Below, in pieces: positions 1 to 9,801 of a DNA stretch of 64,000 nucleotides (positions are counted from its first letter, which is position 1; every line of letters begins with the position of its first letter). Source of the DNA: a virus; the IMG/VR virus record IMGVR_UViG_3300020403_002374, positions 37,582 through 101,581 of that record; one strand, given 5' to 3'. The notes beneath the pieces are model-generated. The model was not told the DNA's origin. It saw only the letters and a program-made list of their open reading frames with translations, and ran no database searches. The position numbers and the translations under genes are program-made.

Positions 1-1
1 T

Positions 2-517
2 ATAGCTAAAAAGTACCCAGTAATTATTGCTGATAGAAGCGAGAGGGTTTGTGATGAGAAACTGTCTACAGCAAATGATATGATATTTGATTTGGCTAGT
101 AGGGCAGACTCATCCGTTACAAACATTGTATGGGCACATTGCACAAATCCACTTATTGATGAGAAAATTTATGATGAAGCAATCGACATTTTTATCAAAG
201 GACAGTCAATGACGATGTTCGATTCGTTAGTTTCCGCATCAGAACTACGCAGTCATGTTTGGCAAGATTATGAACCTCTTAACTTTAACCCATACGGTGA
301 TCGTCATCCATTAGCTTCAGAGCTTGAACCATACTGTTATCAGAACGGTGGTATTTTCATTCAACCCAGAAAACAAATGGTGGATAATAAATATTTCTAC
401 GGCCAAAACCCACACTTATTTTTAATCGACGAATACGATGCAATTGACATAGATACACCAAAAGATTTTAAAATAGCTGAACTTTTATATGAGGACAAAT
501 ATGGAAACGCAAGATAA
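2..517 (+). CDS. Acylneuraminate cytidylyltransferase (CMP-nonulosonic acid synthetase, NeuA/PseF-like), 5'-truncated by window edge
   Basis: Frame is open from position 2 (IAKKYPVIIADRSER...). It carries the HCTNPL, YQNGGIFI and C-terminal AIDIDTPKDFKIAE motifs typical of NeuA-family enzymes. Confidence 0.85.
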   Translation: MAKKYPVIIADRSERVCDEKLSTANDMIFDLASRADSSVTNIVWAHCTNPLIDEKIYDEAIDIFIKGQSMTMFDSLVSASELRSHVWQDYEPLNFNPYGDRHPLASELEPYCYQNGGIFIQPRKQMVDNKYFYGQNPHLFLIDEYDAIDIDTPKDFKIAELLYEDKYGNAR

Positions 518-869
518 AACTTGGGGCAAAAATACGGTAATTCACAGTAGTGAAAATTCTATTGTTTGTTTTGCAGAAATAGATCCCGGTGGATTTTGTT
601 CGGTTCATATTCATGAGGACAGGCACAATTGGTTTCAGGTAGCAGAAGGTTCTGTTACCATCCATATATGGAATCATACCGATCAAGATGCAGAAGGTAT
701 ACCAGCAAATTATGAACTAACGTCAGATAGTGATCCAATTTGCCTTGAGGCTGGAATACCACACCAATTTTACAGTGAAGAAGGGTGCAAGCTAGTTGAA
801 GTTTATACGCCCGCATCTGACAGCCCTATTAATTTCGACGACATAATTAGACTGAGGTTAAATTTATGA
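501..869 (+). CDS. Cupin-fold protein (RmlC-like / type II mannose-6-phosphate isomerase-like), probable sugar isomerase or epimerase
   Basis: N-terminal KTWG, CSVHIH...NWFQV and GIPHQF cupin His motifs. Start moved to ATG 501, which follows a GAGGA RBS. Confidence 0.75.
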   Translation: METQDKTWGKNTVIHSSENSIVCFAEIDPGGFCSVHIHEDRHNWFQVAEGSVTIHIWNHTDQDAEGIPANYELTSDSDPICLEAGIPHQFYSEEGCKLVEVYTPASDSPINFDDIIRLRLNL

Positions 870-1456
870 GTGTAGATCAATACTACAACATGGAGCTTGA
901 GAGAGCAAGCGACATCAATGAGCACCTTCCGGTTTTGCTAGAACTTGCAAATGATTGTGATACAATTGTAGAGCTAGGAACAAGGTGGGTGGTAAGTACA
1001 TGGGCGTTTTTAAAATCTTCCGCAACAAGAATTACAATGTGCGACTTAAAAGAGCCAGATGTTTGGCATGATAGTCCAGAAAATCCAAGCCCAACACCTT
1101 GTAAGCTAGAAGAAGTCATCCAGTCTGCACCCGACAAAGATGTTAATTTTATTAAGGGTAGTAGCCTAGATTTAGAGATTACAGATACAGACCTGCTTTT
1201 TATCGACACTTGGCACTGTTACGATCAATTAAAAGCAGAATTGGACAAGCACGCTCACGCAGTAAATAAATATATTGTACTACACGATGTAGTGTTATTT
1301 AAATATGTTGGCGAAAACTTTTACGGTGATCAAACTCGTCAGTATGAAGGTCTGCAAAAAGCTGTAGATGAGTTCCTAGAAGAAAACAAGAACTGGTCTG
1401 TTCATCAATGGCATACAAACAATAATGGATTGGGAGTGCTAAAAAGAAATGACTAA
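866..1456 (+). CDS. Class I SAM-dependent methyltransferase (Methyltransf_24-like)
   Basis: IVELGTR motif I, DLLFIDTWHCYDQL, IVLHD and NNNGLGVL motifs. Confidence 0.85.
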   Translation: MSVDQYYNMELERASDINEHLPVLLELANDCDTIVELGTRWVVSTWAFLKSSATRITMCDLKEPDVWHDSPENPSPTPCKLEEVIQSAPDKDVNFIKGSSLDLEITDTDLLFIDTWHCYDQLKAELDKHAHAVNKYIVLHDVVLFKYVGENFYGDQTRQYEGLQKAVDEFLEENKNWSVHQWHTNNNGLGVLKRND

Positions 1457-2198
1457 ATTACAACTGCCTGATGTAGCAATTTTTACTTTCTGTTGGGGTA
1501 CAGAGCATGTAGAGAAGTCTCTTAGAGCCATGCTAATCGCAATGGATCAGGTAGATTTTAAGCGTAGCGTTCTAATTACTGATAGTGATAAAACTGATTT
1601 GTCGTTATTCGGTCAAGCTATTGACAAACACAATATCGAAGTCTGTGATATGAGTGTCGATCTCAATAGCAATTTACAGAATGATGATAAGAATCGAAGC
1701 GGTTTCTGTGAATCATTCGTTCAACAAACAAATAAATACATTTTGGATGATTTCTGTTTGAATGTTCAGCATGACTCGACTATAATAGATAGTACCAAGT
1801 GGGACAATCGTTTTTTGGATTACGACTACATCGGTGCCCCTTGGCCCATGAACATTATTCAAGCAAGCGATATGGTTGCTGGACGCATACAAGAGATACC
1901 GAACGTTGTTGGCAACGGAGGGTTCTCTTTGAGAACACGTAAGTTTGTAGAAGAATCGGCAAAGCTAGGTTGGGAACATAAGAACGAAGACCTCAATATT
2001 TGTGTTTTCAATTATGACACAATGACTTCAGCAGGAATCAAATTTGCACCACCTAGTTTAGCGGCTAAATTCTCAAAAGAACATCCAACGCCATATGGCA
2101 TGTTTTCCAGATCGTTACTATTTACATACGAGTCGTTTGGATTTCATGGCGACTTTAACGTAGCTGGCATGGATTTTATTGAACATTACAATTTATAA
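1449..2198 (+). CDS. DUF5672-like putative GT-A glycosyltransferase
   Basis: VQHDS, YDYIGAPW, VGNGGFSLR, NED and FGFH motifs are characteristic of this family. Confidence 0.8.
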   Translation: MTKLQLPDVAIFTFCWGTEHVEKSLRAMLIAMDQVDFKRSVLITDSDKTDLSLFGQAIDKHNIEVCDMSVDLNSNLQNDDKNRSGFCESFVQQTNKYILDDFCLNVQHDSTIIDSTKWDNRFLDYDYIGAPWPMNIIQASDMVAGRIQEIPNVVGNGGFSLRTRKFVEESAKLGWEHKNEDLNICVFNYDTMTSAGIKFAPPSLAAKFSKEHPTPYGMFSRSLLFTYESFGFHGDFNVAGMDFIEHYNL

Positions 2199-2206
2199 GG
2201 AATAAA

Positions 2207-2836
2207 ATGAAGGTTTTAGACACTAGAGATGATTATCTAGACTATGTAAAAACACTGTTACCACAAAACCCAAAGGTTCTAGAAATTGGTGTTGAATATG
2301 GTCATTTTTCGGAAAAGATTTTGAAGGTTCTACAACCCTCAGAATTGCATTTGCTAGACCCTTGGGAGTGGAATCCCGGCAACGGGTTGGTGTATCAGGA
2401 GGGGCATATGACAGGAACCCCTACTGCACACAGTAATGTGACAATGCAAATCAATATAGAAAGAAAATATGAGGCACAGATCTCTGCGGGACAAATCTAC
2501 GTTCATAGAGGTTACTCACATGAACTAGTCGATACCTTTGATACAGCCTACTTTGACTTTATCTATTTAGACGGGTGTCATTTGTACGAGTCTGTCAAGA
2601 AAGATATTGAGGGTTACATCAAAAAAGTCCAGCCAGATGGTATTTTGGGTGGTCACGATTATATTAGTCAAGAAACAAAGTTTGTGCAACAAGGTGTCGA
2701 GTACACAAACCAACTTGGTTACGGTATTAAACAAGCACTAGATGAATTTCTAGAGGTCAACCCTCAATTAGAATTGTGTGCGTTGGTCAGTAGTGACATG
2801 CCGTTTCCAGATTGGGCAATTAGGAGGAAAAGCTAA
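2207..2836 (+). CDS. Class I SAM-dependent methyltransferase (Methyltransf_24-like)
   Basis: VLEIGVEYG, LLDPW, FDFIYLDGCHLYE and GGHDY motifs. Confidence 0.88.
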   Translation: MKVLDTRDDYLDYVKTLLPQNPKVLEIGVEYGHFSEKILKVLQPSELHLLDPWEWNPGNGLVYQEGHMTGTPTAHSNVTMQINIERKYEAQISAGQIYVHRGYSHELVDTFDTAYFDFIYLDGCHLYESVKKDIEGYIKKVQPDGILGGHDYISQETKFVQQGVEYTNQLGYGIKQALDEFLEVNPQLELCALVSSDMPFPDWAIRRKS

Positions 2837-3903
2837 TGAAGGTTCTTTATATTGGATATTACAGAGAGCATAGTGATTGGTCGGAATCGGCTATAAATAA
2901 TATGCTTGCTCTAGAAAAGGCTGGGTGCGATGTTGTCGCAAGGTGCATAGAATTCAGTAAGGGTGAAACACCTAATGAAATTAAACATCTAGAAAACAAA
3001 GACCTAGAAGGTGTGGAGTACTGTATTCAACACGTATTCCCCCATCATATGATTGGAACTAATAAATTTAAAAAGAATGTCGGATATTTTTGTAATGAGC
3101 ATGTCGATATTCAACACTCTACTTGGGTAGAAAAACTTGAACTGATGGATGAGGTGTGGACACCGACTGGATCGGTAGGGGTCAAAATGCCTCACGCTGT
3201 TAGTCATGAAAAGTTTAGCAACAATTATTCTGGCATGTCCGTCCCAGCACTAGACGCTACATTTAAATTTTATAATATAGTAAATACAAACTCGCTACCT
3301 AGTGTTATCAAGGCTTTCCATAGTGAATTTAGCACATTTGAGCCAGTCAACCTGATTTTACAAGTAGACTCATTTCAACAAGACCAAGAACTTCACAATA
3401 CTCTAGAGTCTAAGATCACAGATATAAAAACAGGACTAGGTTTACAACCAGATCCTAGAATGTACAAGAGAGACTTTATCTCCACCAGTTGGGCATCACC
3501 GTTAAGTAAATTTCAGTTACACGACTATGCAGACTGTTACATTTCTAACAATAATCCATCTATCACTAGTCATGACATTGAAGCTGTGGCATTTGGAAAT
3601 ACACCTTTGGTAGCATCCTTAAATCCAATTGTTGACATTTTTGATTCTGTGCAAAAAATTAATAGTATTTATGTTTCAAAATCACGGTCAGAATCATCGT
3701 TGTTTAGAGATATGAATAACTCTCTAGACTTTTCAATTTCTGTGTGCGAAAGAGATTTGAGACAAAAAATGAGAGACACCTATGAAAAATGGAAACAAGA
3801 TCCAATGACTTCTATAGAAAATAGAAAAAATGGAATCAATGCTGTTGCAGAACTATCTCTAGAAAAAACAGGAGAAAAAATGAAGGAGGCTTTAAGTGTT
3901 TAA
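2836..3903 (+). CDS. GT-B fold glycosyltransferase-like protein (GT4-related, degenerate)
   Basis: MKVLYIG start, MDEVWTP, KAFHSEF...VNLIL and ADCYIS...DIEAVAFGNTP, which resembles the EAmaxGxP motif. The first Glu of the EX7E signature is absent. Confidence 0.65.
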   Translation: MKVLYIGYYREHSDWSESAINNMLALEKAGCDVVARCIEFSKGETPNEIKHLENKDLEGVEYCIQHVFPHHMIGTNKFKKNVGYFCNEHVDIQHSTWVEKLELMDEVWTPTGSVGVKMPHAVSHEKFSNNYSGMSVPALDATFKFYNIVNTNSLPSVIKAFHSEFSTFEPVNLILQVDSFQQDQELHNTLESKITDIKTGLGLQPDPRMYKRDFISTSWASPLSKFQLHDYADCYISNNNPSITSHDIEAVAFGNTPLVASLNPIVDIFDSVQKINSIYVSKSRSESSLFRDMNNSLDFSISVCERDLRQKMRDTYEKWKQDPMTSIENRKNGINAVAELSLEKTGEKMKEALSV

Positions 3904-4867
3904 AACTTTAAATATACTAGATTCTACAAACACGGGGCGTAAAGAAAAACTAAATATCTTGACTTTTAATACTCATGAGAGATATCAAACTCAGCTATCT
4001 AAAACTGGGCACGACTTTTATTGTTTTAATTTTGATCAAGGCAAAGAATGGTTTTCTGAACACGCACCGATGCCAGAAAATCACTATCAGCTACCGAAAA
4101 ACTCTGTTTACCCCGGAATTGTTTTTGATTTAATTCTAGTCCAAAGCAAATTTGGTCAGTTTCAAACGGCATCTAATATAAACTCAAAACTGCAACTACC
4201 AGTAGTGGTTTTAGAACATACTCTTCCGCACAAAAACTGGCCTCAAAACCATACGGATCAGTTCAGGTCAATGGTAGGTGAGAAAAATGTTTTTATCACA
4301 GAATACTCTAAAGGTAAGTGGGGTATTCCGGGTGATGTAATTTATCATTCTGTTGATACAAATGTGTTTAAACCAGCGAGTGGCGAGTCAAAAGCACAGG
4401 TTCTGACTGTTGCTCACGACTTCATCAATCGGGATTATGCTCTGAACTTTAAAGGGTGGGATCGGATTACTCAGGGGTTGAATAGGGTTGTTGTTGGAGA
4501 AACAGAGGGGTTATCTAAAGCAGCAGAATCTGTAGACGAGCTAGTAAAAGCGTATCAACAGTCTTTGGTATATATTAATCCAAGCACGCTCAGTCCTGTT
4601 CCTACGTCCATGCTAGAGGCTATGGCTTGCGGCTGTGCGGTCGTAACAACAGAAACGTGTGAGATTCCTAATTTTATTAAACACGGCGAGAATGGCTTTA
4701 TGTCGAACGATGAGACAGAACTAAGGGGGTACATCGAGAAACTACTTGCCGATCCCGAACTTGCAATACACATTGGTAATAATGCAAGACAAACTATTAA
4801 AGAAAAGTTTTCAGAAGAACGATTTATTAATGAATGGAACAAAATATTTTATGGAGTAGTAAAATGA
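3896..4867 (+). CDS. GT4-family glycosyltransferase
   Basis: HSVDTNVFKP, VYINPS...MLEAMACGCAVVTT, HGENGF and GNNARQTI...FSEERF form a classic GT4 C-terminal domain. Confidence 0.9.
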   Translation: MFKTLNILDSTNTGRKEKLNILTFNTHERYQTQLSKTGHDFYCFNFDQGKEWFSEHAPMPENHYQLPKNSVYPGIVFDLILVQSKFGQFQTASNINSKLQLPVVVLEHTLPHKNWPQNHTDQFRSMVGEKNVFITEYSKGKWGIPGDVIYHSVDTNVFKPASGESKAQVLTVAHDFINRDYALNFKGWDRITQGLNRVVVGETEGLSKAAESVDELVKAYQQSLVYINPSTLSPVPTSMLEAMACGCAVVTTETCEIPNFIKHGENGFMSNDETELRGYIEKLLADPELAIHIGNNARQTIKEKFSEERFINEWNKIFYGVVK

Positions 4868-5277
4868 AATTACAGGTTATTAAACCAAACCAAGAACCAA
4901 TTAGCGGTTATGAGACAGTTGTATTGACAGACACTCTAGATCTTTCGCATGTTATAGCCAATTCTTGTGAAAGTGTTTTTTGTCCAGATATCTGCGACAT
5001 GTTCCCAGCAGTGGACTTGGCTAAAGGTATTGAAGCGTTAGTTTCTAAAATGAGGATTGGTGCTAGTATTGTTTTAGGGGGTACAGACATTAGAGCTTTT
5101 AGTAAAAATGTTTCTAACGGACTTGTGCCACTGTTAGAAGCATCAAATATTATTGGTATCTGTCGTTCTATGACAACTCCAGATTCAATTATTCAGGTCT
5201 TTTCGTCTTTGGGTTTAAATATTGAATCTGTAAATATAGACGGTATTCATTACGAAGTAAAAGCTAGGAGATCCTAA
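4864..5277 (+). CDS. Truncated/degenerate methyltransferase-fold protein
   Basis: DLSHVIANSCESVFC...LVSKMRIGASIVL resembles the post-motif-I half of class I MTases, but no glycine-rich motif I is present. Start placed at the ATG overlapping the previous stop. Confidence 0.45.
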   Translation: MKLQVIKPNQEPISGYETVVLTDTLDLSHVIANSCESVFCPDICDMFPAVDLAKGIEALVSKMRIGASIVLGGTDIRAFSKNVSNGLVPLLEASNIIGICRSMTTPDSIIQVFSSLGLNIESVNIDGIHYEVKARRS

Positions 5278-6014
5278 TGGATTGTGATGGTTGCGTATTC
5301 AACATTATGGACAACAACCCTCCGTCCAGTGGTGGTCCTTGGGCTGGAAACCAAATTGGGTGCAAGGCGGGTAGAATTGAAAAGTATATTGAAAGAGGTG
5401 AAGCTACACTTTCTTTAGGTAGAAAATTCTATGAACTAAAGCGATTTTGCAATATGTACAGAGATGAGGATGGCGTAACCCCAGAGAAAGCAAGAAAGCA
5501 AGTAAAGCAAAATTTTGGGGTTGTTATCGAAGATAGTTTGGATGCAAACACTTGGGAAGAACTTTTAGAGTTAGTAGACAGGGTTTTGCAGATTGACTAT
5601 GATCCAGCACATATAAAAATCATTATCTCTACAAATAGAAAGCGTGGAGTTAACAACGTATGCACCTTGGTCGATAAAATGCGGAAAACCTTTAGGCACT
5701 CAAGAGCAGTCTTTCACGAACACGATGTACAAGATTTAAAGGAGTACGAAGATTTTTCTCAAATTACAAACGCTACCTATTTTGTAAACCTTAAAACTTG
5801 GAAGAATCCAAAATTTCAAAATGGATTTTTACAAGATATTGATGAAAGAACTAATGACCAACTGATACCTATTGTTATAGAAAAATTCGATGGGTTCTAC
5901 GTAGTTCTAAAACAAGCTGTCAACTCTGTATACTTAGACTTTTATGATTACGAAAAAACAGTAGAGGCTATTTATAAAGTAGCTCAGGAGGGCGACAGTG
6001 GGAAAGCGGAATAA
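5277..6014 (+). CDS. Hypothetical protein with Cys-rich N-terminus and a degenerate GT-A-like alpha/beta domain
   Basis: CDGC...C...FC cluster, then FGVVI...LQIDY...IKIIIS, reminiscent of a GT2 N-terminus. No DXD motif. Confidence 0.4.
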   Translation: MDCDGCVFNIMDNNPPSSGGPWAGNQIGCKAGRIEKYIERGEATLSLGRKFYELKRFCNMYRDEDGVTPEKARKQVKQNFGVVIEDSLDANTWEELLELVDRVLQIDYDPAHIKIIISTNRKRGVNNVCTLVDKMRKTFRHSRAVFHEHDVQDLKEYEDFSQITNATYFVNLKTWKNPKFQNGFLQDIDERTNDQLIPIVIEKFDGFYVVLKQAVNSVYLDFYDYEKTVEAIYKVAQEGDSGKAE

Positions 6015-6756
6015 CTCAACCTTCGTAGTCAGTCCCAAATCTAACGATAGCAATGGGAAAAGAGAAGAAAAAGTAACATTTATATTGCTTGCGGAAAACT
6101 ATGGGTACAGAATGAAATCTTATGGACCGCTTTCTTTGATAGATATACATGGTAAAACACTTTTAGAGCATCAAATTCAAGCAATCTCGTCAACATTTAT
6201 AAATTTTGAGATTATTCTTTGCTCTGGATTTGAAACAAATAAAGTATACCATTTTATACAAAACAATTTTCCACCAAGTTTGCCAATCAGAATTGTAGAA
6301 AATCAAGTATATTACCATTCAAACTGCTGCGAAGGTTTAAGGCTTTGCATGAATAACACTATGAACGATAAGATAGTCGTATGCGGTGGCGGTGTATTAC
6401 TAACAACGGACTATCTAAGGTCTTTAAATACTAGAAGATCTTCAATAATGTATCAGCTATCTGACAAGAAAGAAAATTTTGAAGTAGGTATAGTCAAAAA
6501 TGAAGCCAATAGATTAGAAAATCTTTCACTCGCAGTTAGGGACAGAGTTTGGACTGAGCTATTGTATATAACTGGAACACCACTTGTGAAATCCTTTTAC
6601 AATATGGTTTCTAAACCGGAACTAAAAAACAAATTCTTGTTTGAAGCAATAAATAATTGGAGGGGTAGAAAAAGTTTACACCTAGAAGAAAATGCAAATA
6701 ACTCTATAATTAAAATAGACAATATTAAAACACTGAAAAGGATCAAAAAGAAATGA
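5998..6756 (+). CDS. Nucleotidyltransferase-fold protein (NTP_transferase/LicC-like), degenerate signature
   Basis: ILLAENYGYRMKSYGPLSLIDIHGKTLLEHQI aligns by eye with LAAGxGxRM...PKxL. It also has IILCSGF and C-terminal KIDNIKTL. Key Gly, Lys and Asp residues are substituted. Confidence 0.7.
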   Translation: MGKRNNSTFVVSPKSNDSNGKREEKVTFILLAENYGYRMKSYGPLSLIDIHGKTLLEHQIQAISSTFINFEIILCSGFETNKVYHFIQNNFPPSLPIRIVENQVYYHSNCCEGLRLCMNNTMNDKIVVCGGGVLLTTDYLRSLNTRRSSIMYQLSDKKENFEVGIVKNEANRLENLSLAVRDRVWTELLYITGTPLVKSFYNMVSKPELKNKFLFEAINNWRGRKSLHLEENANNSIIKIDNIKTLKRIKKK

Positions 6757-7631
6757 AATTATTAATTCACAATTACGCTGACCACAAATCTTCGGAACCT
6801 ATATATCTTTATCAAGCACTTCAATATGCGAATATTGATGTTGCAATTTGGTCTGATCCAAACGCCAGTGCTTTTGATGTATTTGACAGGGCAAAGCCAG
6901 ATGTGTTTATCACACACTATAGGTTTATCACTAATGACATTCTAACTTATTTGAATCAATCATCAAAAAATATAAGATTGGTTGTTAATGTTACAGATGC
7001 CTCGGAAACACAACTAGATTCAATTAAATCCGTACTTCCTGAAAATTATTTGTTGTTCACTAATAGTTTTAATGGGCCAAGCGGTGTTGAAACCATTTAC
7101 CCAGCAGCAGATATTTTCCAACAACCGTCCAATGACTTTAATCTTCCCAACCTGAAAAAACTCAGCGTTGGTTTAATTTCTGATAAAAATTCCGATACAT
7201 TACAGGAAATTGCTGGTAAAAATAGCGTTTACCATATACTATATATGGGCGAAGATAAGGACTATGCAGACTTTGATCTTAGAGCAGATGTTAGATCGTT
7301 AAAGAGAATTATGAAATTGTATGAGCAAATTCACTTGGTTGGAGATTCTAATCTGTGTACATCACAGCTATTCTTTGACTTGTGCTTGTTCTCTGATAAT
7401 CTTAGGGTAACATCTACTGAGCAAGAAAAATTTAACAAAACCATGTCTAAGATATTTGATGATGTTTCAGATGTTGAAGATGTACAGAAAGAGATGAAGT
7501 CTCAAGTCAAATTAAAGCACACCCCGTTCCATAGAGCCGCTAGGTTGATGAAAATGTTAGGAGAAAAACGGGCTATGCAATCGTTAGAAACTATTAAATC
7601 TCAACTAGGCGAACTAATGAAGGATCTCTAA
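6753..7631 (+). CDS. Hypothetical protein, possibly degenerate GT-B (CgeB-like)
   Basis: FDRAKPDVFI, PAADIF and C-terminal KHTPFHRAARL resemble the CgeB-type HTYxHRa motif. Confidence 0.4.
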   Translation: MKLLIHNYADHKSSEPIYLYQALQYANIDVAIWSDPNASAFDVFDRAKPDVFITHYRFITNDILTYLNQSSKNIRLVVNVTDASETQLDSIKSVLPENYLLFTNSFNGPSGVETIYPAADIFQQPSNDFNLPNLKKLSVGLISDKNSDTLQEIAGKNSVYHILYMGEDKDYADFDLRADVRSLKRIMKLYEQIHLVGDSNLCTSQLFFDLCLFSDNLRVTSTEQEKFNKTMSKIFDDVSDVEDVQKEMKSQVKLKHTPFHRAARLMKMLGEKRAMQSLETIKSQLGELMKDL

Positions 7632-8341
7632 TGAAATTGTTGATTCAATTCCCGACTTATGCAAGACCCGAAAAGTTTCTTCGGGTTTTAAATAAGTACG
7701 TCGAAACAGTCAGTAATCATAATACAGTATTTTTTAACATCAATTGTGATGCGGCTGATTTAACTATGACAAATGCGTACATTCAAGAAAGAATCAAATT
7801 CATACTGGGTAAGATACCCAATGTAGATGGTGTGATTAATTATGATCAGAATACTACCAAGATTAGTGCAATCAACGACCACGTTGAAGAGCAAGAGTTT
7901 GACATTGTAGTTTGTGCCAGTGACGACATGGTTCCAAAGGCTTGGGGTTGGGACAATGAGATTGTTATTGCTATGCAAGAACACTTTCCAAATCTAGATG
8001 GGTGTGTTCATTTTAATGATGGAAATACAGATGGAAAACTTATTACTTTTTCTATTCTTGGCAAAGAACTGTATAACCACTTTGGTTATATCTATCACCC
8101 GGACTATAAAAGCCTTTATTGCGATGATGAGTTCACGCAGGAGGTAAGAGCTATGGGTAAAGAGAAATATATCAATAAGGTTATTATTAGTCACGAACAT
8201 TGGAGCATTGAAGGCTCTGAAAATCATAACGAAACAGATATGGCTGTTCAAAAAACACTACACTTTTCAGGTCGAGATCAAGAGGTGTTTAATAGAAGAA
8301 AAAGTCTTGGATTTCCAAAACAAAGGATTACAAATGACTAA
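7631..8341 (+). CDS. GT-A (GT2-like) glycosyltransferase
   Basis: FPTYARP, KISAIN, DIVVCASDDM, GYIYHPDYKSLYCDDE and HEHW motifs. Confidence 0.8.
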   Translation: MKLLIQFPTYARPEKFLRVLNKYVETVSNHNTVFFNINCDAADLTMTNAYIQERIKFILGKIPNVDGVINYDQNTTKISAINDHVEEQEFDIVVCASDDMVPKAWGWDNEIVIAMQEHFPNLDGCVHFNDGNTDGKLITFSILGKELYNHFGYIYHPDYKSLYCDDEFTQEVRAMGKEKYINKVIISHEHWSIEGSENHNETDMAVQKTLHFSGRDQEVFNRRKSLGFPKQRITND

Positions 8342-9005
8342 AGTTATATCTTTTAGTTTGTGGGGTAATGACCCAAGATACACACAGGGTATGGTAAGAA
8401 ATGCAGAACTGGCTAAAGAAGTCTACCCAGACTGGACTGTAACTCTTTACGCACATCAAGATGTAAACCAAGACATATTGCAAGTTTTAGAAAACTTAGA
8501 TGTTCAGATTCGCTTGATGACTACTCAGAATTGGAAAGCAAGTATGTGGAGATTCTATCAAGCCGATGGGCCAAACACGGTTATCGTTAGAGATGCCGAT
8601 AGTAGAATTTCTTACAGGGAAAAATTTGCTGTCGATGAATGGCTTGCAAGTGACAAAGATTTTCATATCATAAGAGATCATCCTTATCACGCTGTACCAA
8701 TTATGGCTGGTATGTGGGGTGCAAGAAATGGAATCTTAAAAGGAATAACCGATCAGATTGAAAGATACGAAGTAGACAAATTCGGTGTAGATCAAGACTT
8801 TCTTAAAGATGTAGTTTTCCCCAAGGTTGTAAAAGAATCTTTTGTACATGATACCTTTTACGGTCATAACCCAATACCCATCGCACAAAGACATCCAGAT
8901 TTTTTCGTTGGGCAAGCGTATGATGGAGCCGACAAAATACTAGATGCCGATGGTAACTTCCAGAAATATTTTGAAGTGGAGAAAATAAATGCGGGTATTC
9001 GCTAA
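8334..9005 (+). CDS. GT-A-like glycosyltransferase
   Basis: KVISFSLWG...YPDW, MWRF, IVRDADSR (DXD), RDHPYH, AGMWG and DQDFL motifs. True start is probably ATG 8334. Confidence 0.7.
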   Translation: MTKVISFSLWGNDPRYTQGMVRNAELAKEVYPDWTVTLYAHQDVNQDILQVLENLDVQIRLMTTQNWKASMWRFYQADGPNTVIVRDADSRISYREKFAVDEWLASDKDFHIIRDHPYHAVPIMAGMWGARNGILKGITDQIERYEVDKFGVDQDFLKDVVFPKVVKESFVHDTFYGHNPIPIAQRHPDFFVGQAYDGADKILDADGNFQKYFEVEKINAGIR

Positions 9006-9801
9006 TGTAATGATACAAAACGAGGCTCTGATTCTACCGCTTGTCTATGAGTACTGGAAGGATTACCCTATTGACCAGTGGGTTTTCTACAACGATAATT
9101 CTACAGATGCCACTCTAGAAGTTATAAACAGTTTGTTTCCAACCGCTATGGTCTTTGACAACAAAGATCCAAACTTTAGCGAAGCTAGAAATAGAGGAAC
9201 AATGTTCGAGTATTCTAGGCAAAATGGTGCAGACTATGTACTTGCTATAGATGTGGATGAACTTCTTAGTGCTAATCTTGTAAATCATTGGTCGGAGCTT
9301 ACAAACTGCGAATCTGAGTGTCAATTGTATTGGTATAATGTCGTGGGATCTGTAAATAAAATGCGGCAAGATCCGAGTTATTTAGAAAACTACAGAACGT
9401 TCTTTGTTCCTACCGCAAAAGCTGGAATGTTTAACCCCGGACATGTGACGTATCATACACCGAGAACACCACCTGTGTTTTTACCACAAACCAAAAGGAA
9501 AGACGTTGGAGTTATCCATTTACAGTCTATAAATAAAAAATACTACGCTTTGAAACAGCTTTGGTATAAGCACTATGAGTGGGTAACTTGGAAAAAAGAT
9601 CCTAATTATTTAAACGCAATGTACGATGTGGTGGTTAATGGGTTGGATTTTTGTGAGCAAAATACCCCCGAAGAAATTGCTGGTGATTTAAAGTTCGATG
9701 CGTCTGTATACGACGAAATAGCTGAAATCAAAGGCTATAGACAATTTATTCTAAATAATTATAATCCAACACTTGTAACATTTGGAGAACAATACCTGTG
9801 A
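8989..9801 (+). CDS. GT2-like glycosyltransferase (Glyco_tranf_2_4 type)
   Basis: IQNEA, NDNSTDAT, ADYVLAIDVDE (DXD) and VIHL motifs. Confidence 0.85.
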   Translation: MRVFANVMIQNEALILPLVYEYWKDYPIDQWVFYNDNSTDATLEVINSLFPTAMVFDNKDPNFSEARNRGTMFEYSRQNGADYVLAIDVDELLSANLVNHWSELTNCESECQLYWYNVVGSVNKMRQDPSYLENYRTFFVPTAKAGMFNPGHVTYHTPRTPPVFLPQTKRKDVGVIHLQSINKKYYALKQLWYKHYEWVTWKKDPNYLNAMYDVVVNGLDFCEQNTPEEIAGDLKFDASVYDEIAEIKGYRQFILNNYNPTLVTFGEQYL

